Part shown: positions 52,506-64,000 of the stretch, one piece after another
Layout of the letters: each line of letters begins with the position of its first letter
Numbering within the stretch: the stretch's first letter is position 1
Source of the DNA: Octopus vulgaris
Taxonomy: Eukaryota
Length of the DNA: 64,000 bases
Reading direction: 5' to 3'
Assembly (NCBI GenBank): GCA_951406725.2
Contig: OX597837.1
Span: 42,470,001 to 42,534,000, forward strand
Notes under the pieces: generated by a model
What the model was told of the DNA's origin: nothing
The model's database searches: none
What the model saw: only the letters and a program-made list of their open reading frames with translations
Position numbers and translations under genes: made by a program

Positions 52506-53807
52506 CACACACATGATGGGCTTGTTTCAGTATCCATCAGCCAGATCCACTCACAAAATATTGTCCACCTGGGGGTCATAGCAGAAGGCAGTTGCCCAAG
52601 TGTCGCACAGTGAGACTAAACCCAAAACCATGTGATTCAGAAGCAAGATTCTTACCACATAGCCATTCTTGTTTATATATAAAAAATGTGTGTGCATGTA
52701 TGTACACACACGCACACATGTATTCATACACACATATACAATATATAGAGACTGATGCATGCAAATATGTATGTGCGAGTGTGTGCATTATAAAACTAGA
52801 CATTTAATTTAAGAGAGGTGGGTAGCAATTAAATTAGTTTAATGTAATTAACTGGTAACATTAAATAAGAGAGAAGGGTGGTGGTGGGGGGAGATTAAAG
52901 AAGAGAATGAGAAAAAAGCGTAAGGAAAAGATGGGGCTACGGAAGACAGAATCGAGTAAGAGGAATATGAAGAGAACCATTCAGAATATCGCCTGCATTG
53001 CTCACAAGTAACATGTAAAAGCACACACAAAGAGAATATAGACATTTAAGATTTTAACACCCATTATAAATTAGCAACCACTTATGGAGATCAGATTCAG
53101 CTTTGTAAATTAGATCCATTAACATGATTAAAGTCATTGATTAACGAAGGCAGCTAAGCTAAAACTTTACCCCCTAAACTGATTGCTACGATCAACCAGA
53201 CTTTTGAAGTAAAAAGAAAAAAATTTAAAAAAAGTGGGGAAAAGTGTGATAGTAATTAATGCCATGTTGTTGATGTAATTTTTGCAACATTTTTTTTTTT
53301 TAATTTATTTTTTTTTAGTTGACCAGAAAAAAAATTGTAAGAGATATGGTATCGATCCAATAATAAGCTTCTTCACTGTCCAACTCAATACTCAGTTCGT
53401 TTAACTATCAAGATTTTTCTTTTTAAATAGCTGTTCAACAACATGCGTGCATTTTTGTGTATGTATGTTTTTTCTATCACAAACTTTCCATGATGGCTTT
53501 TTTTTTCTTTCTTTACAAGATTTCTGTTGTCTATCATATAATTCTACTGCCATCTTAGTTCATATTTGAAGTGATTTGATGTTTGTGTATATATAGTGCA
53601 AGCATGGCTGCGTGGTTAAGAAGTTCACTTTGCAACCACATGGTTTTGAGTTCAGTTACACTGTGAGGCAACTTGAGCAAATGTCTTTTACTATACACCT
53701 GGGCCAACCAATACTTTGTGAGTGAACTTGGTACATAGAAACTGCGTGGAAGACCATTACTTATGTCTATACATATATATGAGTGTGTGTGTGTGTGTGT
53801 GTGTGTG

Positions 53808-54696
53808 TAGGGTGTGATGGATAAATTGTCACAATTTTATATTTTTAATTTTGTGCATGCACATTGCTTGTTTTTGATTTTGTCAAAAATACACAGTATA
53901 GTAGGATCAGTTGGGCACTGTCTATGAGAAAAACAGCACCAAGATGCAATTCATTCAGCCAGAAATTTGGAAACGACATGTTGTACTGCTTGGCATTCAC
54001 ACTGGAAGCTCTAATATGAACATTTAAAAATATTTGGGTGTCAATCTAGGGACTTGCTGTGTCCCCAAAACATGTACCGAGAGTGATAAAAATCAAACAT
54101 CCAGTCAACTTCATGGTGTTTGGAGTGATCACAAGTGATGATGACATTATGCCTCCGTTCATCTTCCCACATGGCCTCATAGTCAACACAGAGGCCTACG
54201 TCAAGTGCCTGGAGGAGGTAGAGCTACCCTAGGTCAAAAGGGGGGGGGGCTGCTGGAAGACCCTATGTTTGGCAACAGGACTCTGCACCATGCCACACAA
54301 GCAAGAGAACCCAGTCATGGCTGTCAGACAATTTCTGTAACCACACGACCATTAACATTTGGCCACCTAACTCCCCAGTCTGCAACCACCTTGATTATTA
54401 TGTGTGGGGCACAGTTGAGTGAGAGACCAACAAAACTCTTTGTAACACCCTAGATAAACTGAAGGCAAGGATTATGGCAGCATTCACCAACTTAAACAAG
54501 GAGACTATCCAGAAGAGTTTTAGGAAATTCCAAAGTCGGCTGGAAGCCATGGTTGAAGGCAATGGCAAATAAATTTACATTTTAGTATTTCAAGATATTT
54601 TTTAGGTAATTTTGGTAAATATATGTTTAAAAGAGTTGACAGTGTTATTTTCATTTTTGCATAATTTAGATGATAGTTTATTCACCACACCCTGTA
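53808..54696 (+). mobile_element. Internally deleted Tc1/mariner element (maT/DD37D-like)
   Basis: TIRs agggtgtgatggataaat / gtttattcaccacaccctg with TA flanks; relic frames KHPVNFMVFGVITSD..MPPFIF, WQQDSAPCHTS, WPPNSP..N.LDYYVWG. Confidence 0.85.
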
Positions 54697-54735
54697 TCTC
54701 TCTCTTTCTTTCTCTCTCTCTCTCTCTCTCTCTCT

Positions 54736-54776
<41 letters not shown>

Positions 54777-55486
54777 GTGACTCCATGTCATCAGCATCAC
54801 TCAGGTTCATCACAGATTTCACATAAGACACATGCCTGCTTGAACAATTTCACTTTCTTCCGCTTTATTTCTAGCCCTAAATGGCTTATTTTATATATAT
54901 CTAGCACTATGTCTTTCTCCATTTCTAAGTCAAGGGTTAAAATAAAGCAACCCTGCAAAACACAACTGATGCACAGAACAACAGCAATCAAATAACACCA
55001 ACAGAGTGCACAACAACATCAGCAATCTAACTGTCACCTGTACTCTTGACAGAGATGCCAGTTAATTTTTTTACACCTATTAGGCTCATTCATATTAGCC
55101 TGAGTTGCTGGATAAATTTTCATTCCTTTAAGAATATTCTAGAACAGAAACTTTTCATAGAAATTTATTGTTTCAAGAAAACACTGAATGTGAATTCATT
55201 TTAATTTATGTGATTATAGATAACAACTCAGGCTGTAACTACTGAGTCCAAGTCAGGTGCATGTGAACGATGTGGAGAGAATGTCTGTTACAAATGATAT
55301 TTTTTCGTCACAAGGTACTTCTAAGACACCACCAGATGATGAACAAAAATAAATGAACTGTGACCAGGCTCAATAAAAGGAGCCCAAGTTATTGGCTGAA
55401 ATTACATACTTGATGTCAGTGTTAGTAGAAATTAAATCAGTTTGCAAATACACATTCACTTTACTAAATTTATACCGAGTGCTAGA

Positions 55487-55665
55487 GTTGCATCCGCTAC
55501 ACACATTTTTTTCTCTCCTTGTTTTTTCTGTGTCCCTTTCTGTAGAAGAGCGTAGGCTCGAAACGTATAAGACTTTTTCTATTCCAGAGCGTTATACTAA
55601 TACATCTGTTTGTTTTGTATACCACCTGTCTTCGTCTTCTGTTTTTTTTCGTAAACTCTCCCTGT
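55487..55665 (+). repeat. Dispersed repeat with degenerate hammerhead-like motif
   Basis: ctgtaga-a-gagc-gtag-gctc-gaaacgta at 55540-55567; inverse copy at 9392-9575. Confidence 0.6.
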
Positions 55666-55820
55666 ATATATATATATGTATATATACAACTTCTATGGCA
55701 TTAGAATTGTTTTTTTCTTTTGCCCTTGTTTATAAGTTGTTTATAAATTTAACCTTTAAAGGTATTTTTTAATATGCTGGTCATTGATAAAAAAATTTTC
55801 GAAAAATTTTATCCTGTATT

Positions 55821-55854
<34 letters not shown>

Positions 55855-56853
55855 GACAGGTAGATAGGTGTATGTGTGCATGCATTTGCTCTCTCTGGCA
55901 CTTACGAACTAGTGTAGGAGTGGTTTTTGTATGAGCAAACCTTTCAAAGTAATGCCCCAGCATAACCACAACCAAATGATTGAAACAAGTAAAAAAAACA
56001 GTTTTTAGATCAATTATGTCAAACTACAGCAAATAAGAAACATTCTTTCCATTACTAACTACTGATTAAACTCAGCAGTAAAAATAAATTTGCAGGAGTA
56101 ATTGAAATTTCCAAGTAGCTTCAATACATCTAGTACCAGCTGTCTCTTAACAACAGAAATTTATGGTTAGGTTTTCACCTGCTGCCGCAAATCATTTCCA
56201 GAATAAATAAATCTACACATGACTAACAACTACAAACATTCTTTACTAATGCTTTCATGTTCGCAATATATTTTCACCACCATGACAGAATCTTCTTGAA
56301 AAATGCTTTAGAATCAATTTTTATCTAGTTAGTTTCAGGAAGAGCATTCATTCCAGTGACATATGCTACCATAAATCTTTTGCATAGAAAATAAAAATGA
56401 GACACGATATCTTCAAGAAGAGCACACGCACAAATTACCGAGAAAGCTCGAATAATGTGAATTTCTAACATAAGCACAGGCTACGATTTTCAGGGAAGGG
56501 TGTAATCGATTTAATCAACTTTGGTATGCGATCGATGCTTTATTTTATTGACCTCCAAGAAGAGAGTGAGAAAATGAGATGTTCGAATTTTTCAAAAATG
56601 CAAGGGAAAATAGATATACTTTGAAACTTTAGAATTCATTTACCGGTTGGTTAATCAGGCTTTTAGGAATTTCTCGTCAATTAAACAAATCTTAAATCCG
56701 ATAAGTTCACAGAAGAGTACGTATGAAATGCAAATCCACAGAGAAATAAATGCTGCAACAGAACTAACTCCATCCTCCTCATCTTCCTTCCCTCTTGTCT
56801 ATCACTTGTTTTATTTCAATAACAAAAGCTATCAGCCTATTCACAAAACAGGC

Positions 56854-56891
<38 letters not shown>

Positions 56892-58230
56892 AGAATATAA
56901 CAAGCAAAACAAAACACGTAGCTTATCAAATGGAAAGTAAACAGTGCTTAGCAAAATGAATAATTAAATTTCTATTATAAGGAGAATGGAATATTTTCCT
57001 GAACGAATTGGTCAAGATTTCTTACATTGTCTTTGTTTTGTTTTAAACTTGTCAGTTTTAGTTCATTTTCTATGTCAAGATAATACAATGGTATCTTAGG
57101 ATGAAGATCAGTTGTGGCTTTATGGGAAAATAAGAATATTTTGCTCGGATTCTATTCATTGAAGACAATACCTTACATATATTTTCCAGCTCATAATGTA
57201 TATTATTTTAGTACTTTCACTCATTAGATTGTAGCCATGCTAGAATATACTGCCTTTAAAATACTCTTTTTAGCTAATTCTGCTGAACCCAATAGTAGTT
57301 TTGTCTGGTACTTTATTTCTTTTCAGCATCACTAAATGTGAAGGGCAAAGTCCATATAGGCATAAAGGGAAATAACTGGGAAAAAATCAGGGGTAAAAAA
57401 AAGAGAAAAAAAAAGGCTTTTTCTTCCATATTTGGTGAAACAACACATCATCATCGTTTCAAATTTATATTCCATGCAGACATGGCTTGGACAGTTTGGC
57501 AGGATACGATTTGCCTAATGGTTGTAATAGTCTCCAATATCTGCATTGGCAAGGTTACTATGGTGCATTTTTGTAGGCACCAACACTTGTGAACTTACCA
57601 TGTAACTCACAAGACAAGATTCCTTAACAGAGTATAAGTGCAGTGTTAATTAAGGTGGCATTGTGCCTGATGCTGCAAGGCTAGATTATAAAAGAAGCAA
57701 CAAGAACAGGTGCTTTGCTGTAGAGGTAATACATGGTTACCCAAATACATACATAAAGAAACACACACAACATAAGAAATCTTGGATGTGCTAGACAATC
57801 TCGGAAGGTAGACTTAATCTGTCACCCTGTTTAACATCACCATCTGGTACTTAGGTACCTTGGAGTCCAACAGTTGCAAGCAATAAGGCAAGATCTCCAA
57901 ATTGAGGTTGCTTTCCTAACTCCCTCCTCCCCCTCCCACAAATCTTGGAGGCCCTCTGAAGGGTCGTCAGCATAGCCCTTTATTCTTGATATAAAGGGCT
58001 AAAACAAAAGTAAAAAAATAATTGGAGAATCAATCACCATCATCCTCATCATCCTTTCACGTCCATTTTCTATGCTGGCATGGGTTTGATGGTTTGACAG
58101 GAGCTAGCAACGCCAAGAGCCACACCCTATTCCATATATATTTCTTTTGGGTTTCAGCTAGAGACTATGACCATATTAAGGCACTGCTATTAAGAGTGGG
58201 AGGTGTCTGTGTGCATATATAAATATATAT

Positions 58231-58640
58231 GGGCGCAGGAGTGGCTGTGTGGTAAGTAGCTTGCTAACCAACCACATGGTTCCGGGTTCAGTCCCACTGC
58301 GTGGCATCTTGGGCAAGTGTCTTCTGCTATAGCCCCGGGCCGACCAATGCCTTGTGAGTGGATTTGGTAGACGGAAACTGAAAGAAGCCCGTCGTATATA
58401 TGTATATATATATATATATGTGTGTGTGTGTTCGTGTGTCTGTGTTTGTCCCCCTAGCATTGCTTGACAACCGATGCTGGTGTGTTTACGTCCCCGTCAC
58501 TTAGCGGTTCGGCAAAAGATCCCGATAGAATAAGTACTGGGCTTACAAAGAATAAGTCGTGGGGTCGATTTGCTCGACTAAAGGTGGTGTTCCAGCATGG
58601 CTGCAGTCAAATGACTGAAACGAGTAAAAGAGTAAAAGAG
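58231..58640 (+). mobile_element. SINE family A, complete reference-like copy
   Basis: ggcgcaggagtggctgtgtggtaag (A box)...gggttcagtccc (B box)...cttgggcaagtgtctt...(TA)n(TG)n...(gtaaaaga)n. Confidence 0.92.
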
Positions 58641-59161
58641 TACACACACACACACACACACACACAAAGAGTCTATGTGTGAGCATATATAACTCACTGT
58701 ATGTGTAAGCGCATATGATTCAGGATTAGTAGAATTATAGTTGGCATGAAAGAGAGGGAGAGAGAGAGAAAAGGAGAGAGAAACAGATGTAAGAATAAGA
58801 GAAACAGTGAGAGGGAAATAGATAGGTGTAGAGAAAGAGAAACAACAGGGCGGAAATGAAACAACATTTTCGTGAACTCATTGACCTATAGGTTCACATA
58901 ACAAATATATATATATAGGGTGCATGTGTGTACCTAAGGGCCTCTAGCTGTGTGTATGTGTGTGTGTGTATTGATATATTTAATCATGTGTGCATATGAT
59001 ATGTTTGTTTTGCAGATGTAACCATATGCTTATGACCATATATACACACATATACAAACACATTTATCCATCTATCTAGCTATACATACATACATACATA
59101 TATATATATACATACATATACAAACACGTTTATCCATCTATCTAGCTATATACATACATAC

Positions 59162-59198
<37 letters not shown>

Positions 59199-60063
59199 CA
59201 TGTGTGTGTGTGTGTATATATCTATATCTATCTATCTATCTATCTATATATATATATATATATACAGACATACACACTCACACTGTATATGTATGTATGT
59301 ATATGTGGAAAAAAGGGGTGTGAAAATGATGAAGACGATCATGTATATAGTTGTAGACGTTTGTATTTATATACATACATCACAGTGTGCATGTGGAAAT
59401 TAGTATACTAAAGCTGATGCACAACTGTAAACCTCATTCATAAATATGTATATATAGATCTGAAAATTCACCAAGAAACAACTCACACACACACACACAT
59501 AAATATGCGCATCTATATTTCTATTGATCAATCTATAGGTGTGCCATCTGTGACAAGTCAGAGTCCTCATGGGTTGATGGCACATCTTTTCAAAGAAAAG
59601 GTCATACACTCCGTGACTTTTTCTGACGAATTCTAAAGAAGGAAAAAAAAAAAAAAGGGAAATTCTTATTTTATTATTAATTCTTAAATAAATTAAATAC
59701 ACTAAAAATGAAATATTAGTTACTGATTAGAAAAATAATTAATTTAGAGTAATTATGTAAATTAGTACAGAATTTCTAATGACAGTATGTTTACTCAGAA
59801 AATTTTTTTCAAAGAGCAACAAAAAAAAGTGTCAGATTAAAATTTCATTTTACATTGGAAATTTGCACATTTTTACATGATTGTCAATCTAAATCAACTT
59901 CTAAAATTGCCTGGATGCAACAATTTTAAGTGATTCAACACTTCTGAACCAACTTAGAAGTGGCAGCAACATTTAAAGCAATTTATTCAAAATTGTTGTA
60001 TGTAGCCTATTTAAATATGCCTCGGGAAGCCCGGTCAACCGCGCCCCTATATACACACACATA

Positions 60064-60101
<38 letters not shown>

Positions 60102-60174
60102 CACATATAAAAATTAACAGAATGAGATAAAAATCCAAGGCTGTGAAAGATTTCAGAACATTTATAAATAGAAG

Positions 60175-60222
60175 ATCTACAGCTGTTTCAGGGATATTTT
60201 ATATATCCCTTCATCGGAGACA
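60175..60222 (-). ncRNA. Minimal type I hammerhead-like motif, probably degenerate
   Basis: Minus strand: CCGAUGA-AGGGAUAU-auaaa-AUAUCCCU-GAAAC-agcu-GUA; perfect 8-bp stem II and palindromic minimal stem III; core U4C change and weak stem I. Confidence 0.6.
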
Positions 60223-60315
60223 GTGTGAGAGAATGGTTAAGCAATAGTTAGTCTAGATAAGATATGAAATAGAGAGTGAAGTGGAGGAATGAAAATAGAA
60301 GTGAGGTATGCAGGG

Positions 60316-60395
<80 letters not shown>

Positions 60396-61179
60396 TTTAA
60401 GTTTATAGATTTTCTATAAAATTCAGAACCAGCACTGCAAGTTATGATGTTTCTTAAGTAAATACATCTATGTAAACAAACCAATCTCTCTCTCTACTCC
60501 AGACCTGCTAGAGGACCTGTCATTCATGAGGATGCGAATATAGCAATGAAATGATTTTGACAAACCTAGCTGGTTAACTAATTGACTGAACAATTAATCA
60601 AACAATCAAATATATAAGTGTTTAATAAATTGACTAGTAATATTAAAAATAAGTGAAATAAAACTAGTGTGTATGTGTTTGTTATTGGCATAATGACCCA
60701 CTCAAGATATAGCATCTATTTTAAACGTGTTCAGATCAAGAATCTTGCAAATCAAATGCAAAAGAACTGAAATAGAAATATTCTTTTCTACTCTAGGCAC
60801 AAGGCCTGAAATTTTTGGGGAAGGATCCAGTCGATTAGATCGACCCCAGTATGCAACTGTTACTTAATTTATCGCCCCCGAAAGGATGAAAAGCAAAGTC
60901 GACTTCAGCGGAATTTGAACTCAGAATGTAAAAACAGACGAAATGCCACCAAGCATGTTGCCCCGCATGCTAACGTTTCTGCCAGTTTGCCAATTTTGTA
61001 CTCTAAGCACAAGGTCTGAAAATTTGGGTAGAGGGGGAAAGTCAATTACATCGATCCCAGTGCATAACTGGTACATATTTCATCAACCGAAAAAGAAATA
61101 TTGAAACAAAAATATCTATAACATACAATGTATCTTTCTATAGCGACCACAAGAACTGCATTCCTTCCGAAAATTAATC

Positions 61180-61600
61180 TCTTTACTCTTTACTCTTTTA
61201 CTTGTTTCAGTCATTTGACTACGGCCATGCTGGAGCACCGCCTTTAATCGAGCAACTCGACCCCGGGACTTATTCTTTTGTAAGGCCAGTACTTATTCTA
61301 TCGGTCTCTTTTGCCGAACTGCTAAGTAACGGGGACATAAACACACCAGCATCAGTTGTCAAACAATGCTAGGGGGACAAACACAGACACACAAACACAC
61401 ACACATACATACACATATATATATATATATATATATATACGACGGGCTTCTTTCAGTTTCCATCTACCAAATCCACTCACAAGGCTTTGGTCGGTCCAAG
61501 GCTATAGTAGAAGACACTTGCCCAAGGTGCCACGCAGTGGGACTGAACCCGGAACCATGTGGTTGGTAAACAAGCTACTTACTACACAGCCACTTCTGCA
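61180..61600 (-). mobile_element. SINE family A, full copy
   Basis: Reverse complement of 58231-58640. Confidence 0.9.
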
Positions 61601-64000
61601 CCTATCTGCCTATTAAACCTTGGAAGATCCCTCTCATACGAAGCTTCCAGTCTGTAGACTTACAAACTGAATACTAAGAACAGTACTAATGTCAGTAAGT
61701 CATCTCCTCCCACCTAATCAAAGGGAACTCAGGGGAAGAAATAAAAAAAAAAAAGGAAATCTACAGGACACACTCATTTCGGCTTCCGAGATTAAATGGT
61801 AAGAAAAATAAACCTTTGTGTTAATTATATCAAATAGCCATATTAAGTCGATGTTGTTTGTAAGAATATCCCACAAAGTAACAGAATAAAAAAAAAATAT
61901 TACCACAGAATTTATGGTGCTTAGATTTTCACCTTGGAAGAAATAAAGTTTACCAAAGAGTAACAGTATGAGCGTCTGTGTGAGAGGGTCTGTGTGTATG
62001 TGTGACTGAGTGTGTTATGTATGCATGTGTGTGTGTGTGTGAGAGAGAATGAGTGTGCCATGTGTGTGTGGGGGTTTGTTGCTGCATGTGTAATTGCTGT
62101 CTGTCTTGAAATATATCAAATATGAGGCAAAACGACATGCTATTAATGGAAGTTCTTGCTTTTATAGCTCTGAAAATTCTAATTTTCTCAATAAACCATT
62201 CAGCAAAGTTATTTCCCTGCCTCCCCCACCAAAATACTAATAACAAATAAAATAAAATAAAATAAAATAAAATAAAATAAAATAGAGAGAGAGAGAGAGA
62301 AAAGTTGTTAAAATGCTGCATTGTAGCATAAAGAGAACTAACTGATAAACATATTTGGTACTATACTTCTGTCATCCAAACGACTTAAACCTGAAATCAT
62401 TAGATAACTGAGTTTTAAACTAGCTGTAAAAAATATACAAACATATTTCATATATATACACATATATATATATTATATTATATAATATATTATATAATAT
62501 ATATATATAGATATATCTTATATAATATATATTATATTATATTATGTATATATACATATATTTATAAATCTGCTCATCAAATTTGATAGTTAAAAAGAAG
62601 TTAATGACTCATATCGTTGCTGAGGTGTCCAAGCTTGTTTCACTGTTAGCATAATGTTACTTACTATACATACATATTACTAGACACACACATATATATA
62701 CATATATATACATATATGTTATGAGCTGCGCTACAAAAGGCGACAGTAAGCAGATAAACTAAATTTCAATTTCTAATAACCATAAAATATAGCTTCAGAA
62801 GACAAAAGAAAAATAGCGCTTTCTTTTTTATGTCTGTAGATTGAATTTTATTTTATAATGCTAACATAGTCAGTATATTTAGCTATTTATTTATTCCAGA
62901 ATCTAACAGTGAAAATTTATATAATTTTCATTACTACTTTTTTATGTTTTTTTTTTACCCCCTCCTCATTTTTATATTTATTTTCACATTGAAAAACATG
63001 ATAATTGTCAAAAAAAAACAAAAACAAAAAGAAGTAAATTCCCTAAAAAAAAAAAAAAAGAGAATATAAATAAAAATTACATTGAAAATTATTCTTTGAA
63101 CAAAAGAAATATACTACCTAACACAACCTATAATTTTCTGATGTGCTTTCCATCTATGACATAACTCTCTCAAGTCAATAAGGGAAAATATAATTCTTCA
63201 AAAAAAAAAAAACCAAAAAGTTACAAAAAAAATAATAACTCTATAGCAGAATTCTGAAACAATTCTTTAAAAGGATATTGCTAAACTTTTTATATTGGAC
63301 AATAAAATTTGAGAGACAAACAGGATAGAATATCAAAACTGATTTCCTTGATATATATATATATATATATAAAATGTATGTATGTATAATTTTTCCACAA
63401 ACAGGTTTATTTATTTTTTTAACCTTTTGATGTTAACTTTGTTTATTTATTTTTAAAACTTTTTCTTTAGTGTTTTTTTTTTTTTCTTTTCTTTTTTTTA
63501 CTTCCTAAAAACGACTGTGGCAGACAAAGTTACTGTATATAAGCAAATTACATTTTGAAATAAAAGTACATGAAAAATAGCAGATCAAAACAAAATCATA
63601 CATAAATTTTATTGTCTAAATATGAGTGTGTATATAACTACGTGTATGTACGTGTGTGTACACAAAATAACACACAAGTTTACATATATAAATTAATTTG
63701 TAAGTAAAAGTGTGAGAGTATGTGTGTAACATGAATAAAGGTGTATTAAATACCATACAAGGTAAACTCTTGATTTACTGAAATTATCTTCCCTTGAAGA
63801 GAGAAACAAACAAATGCCTAACGGCAATTGTAACCAACACCAAATCAGAAGGGGAGATAATCACACAACCCATAATTTCTCCGTAATTGATATGCCTTTA
63901 AAAGAACAGCAGCCAGATTGTCTATACATAATTTCAGTAGGCTTTCAGAAACAAATGTTATTTCTTAATGAAAATCTCTGATTTTATAATGTAACCAACT

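Noticed and set aside
58231-58310. tRNA gene
   Set aside because: A/B boxes belong to a multi-copy SINE head; no complete cloverleaf.
62900-64000. A/T-run-rich, SINE-free end of the window as a 3' UTR
   Set aside because: Composition is suggestive, but no terminal exon or unambiguous poly(A) site or strand can be assigned.

Overview
AT-rich, microsatellite-dense animal DNA with no recognisable protein-coding gene. The SINE families and the dense (TA)n/(CA)n/(AAT)n tracts point to an Octopus (coleoid cephalopod) intron or intergenic region; this is inferred from repeat content. Almost all listed ORFs are microsatellite or SINE read-through. Supported content: at least three SINE families in many copies; a decayed Dong/R4-type (RLE) non-LTR retrotransposon in a (TAA)n tract carrying nested insertions; RTE fragments; two Tc1/mariner relics; piggyBac-, hAT- and Merlin-type MITEs with visible TSDs; and degenerate Penelope-type minimal hammerhead motifs. 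The most unusual signal is that many repeat-free islands fold into bulged long hairpins or multi-branch stems, one pairing spanning about 3.8 kb. By eye their wobble pairs are mostly G-U on the + strand, suggesting a + strand transcript with serial dsRNA domains (candidate ADAR, splicing or small-RNA substrates). All alignments and folds were done by eye and coordinates are approximate.
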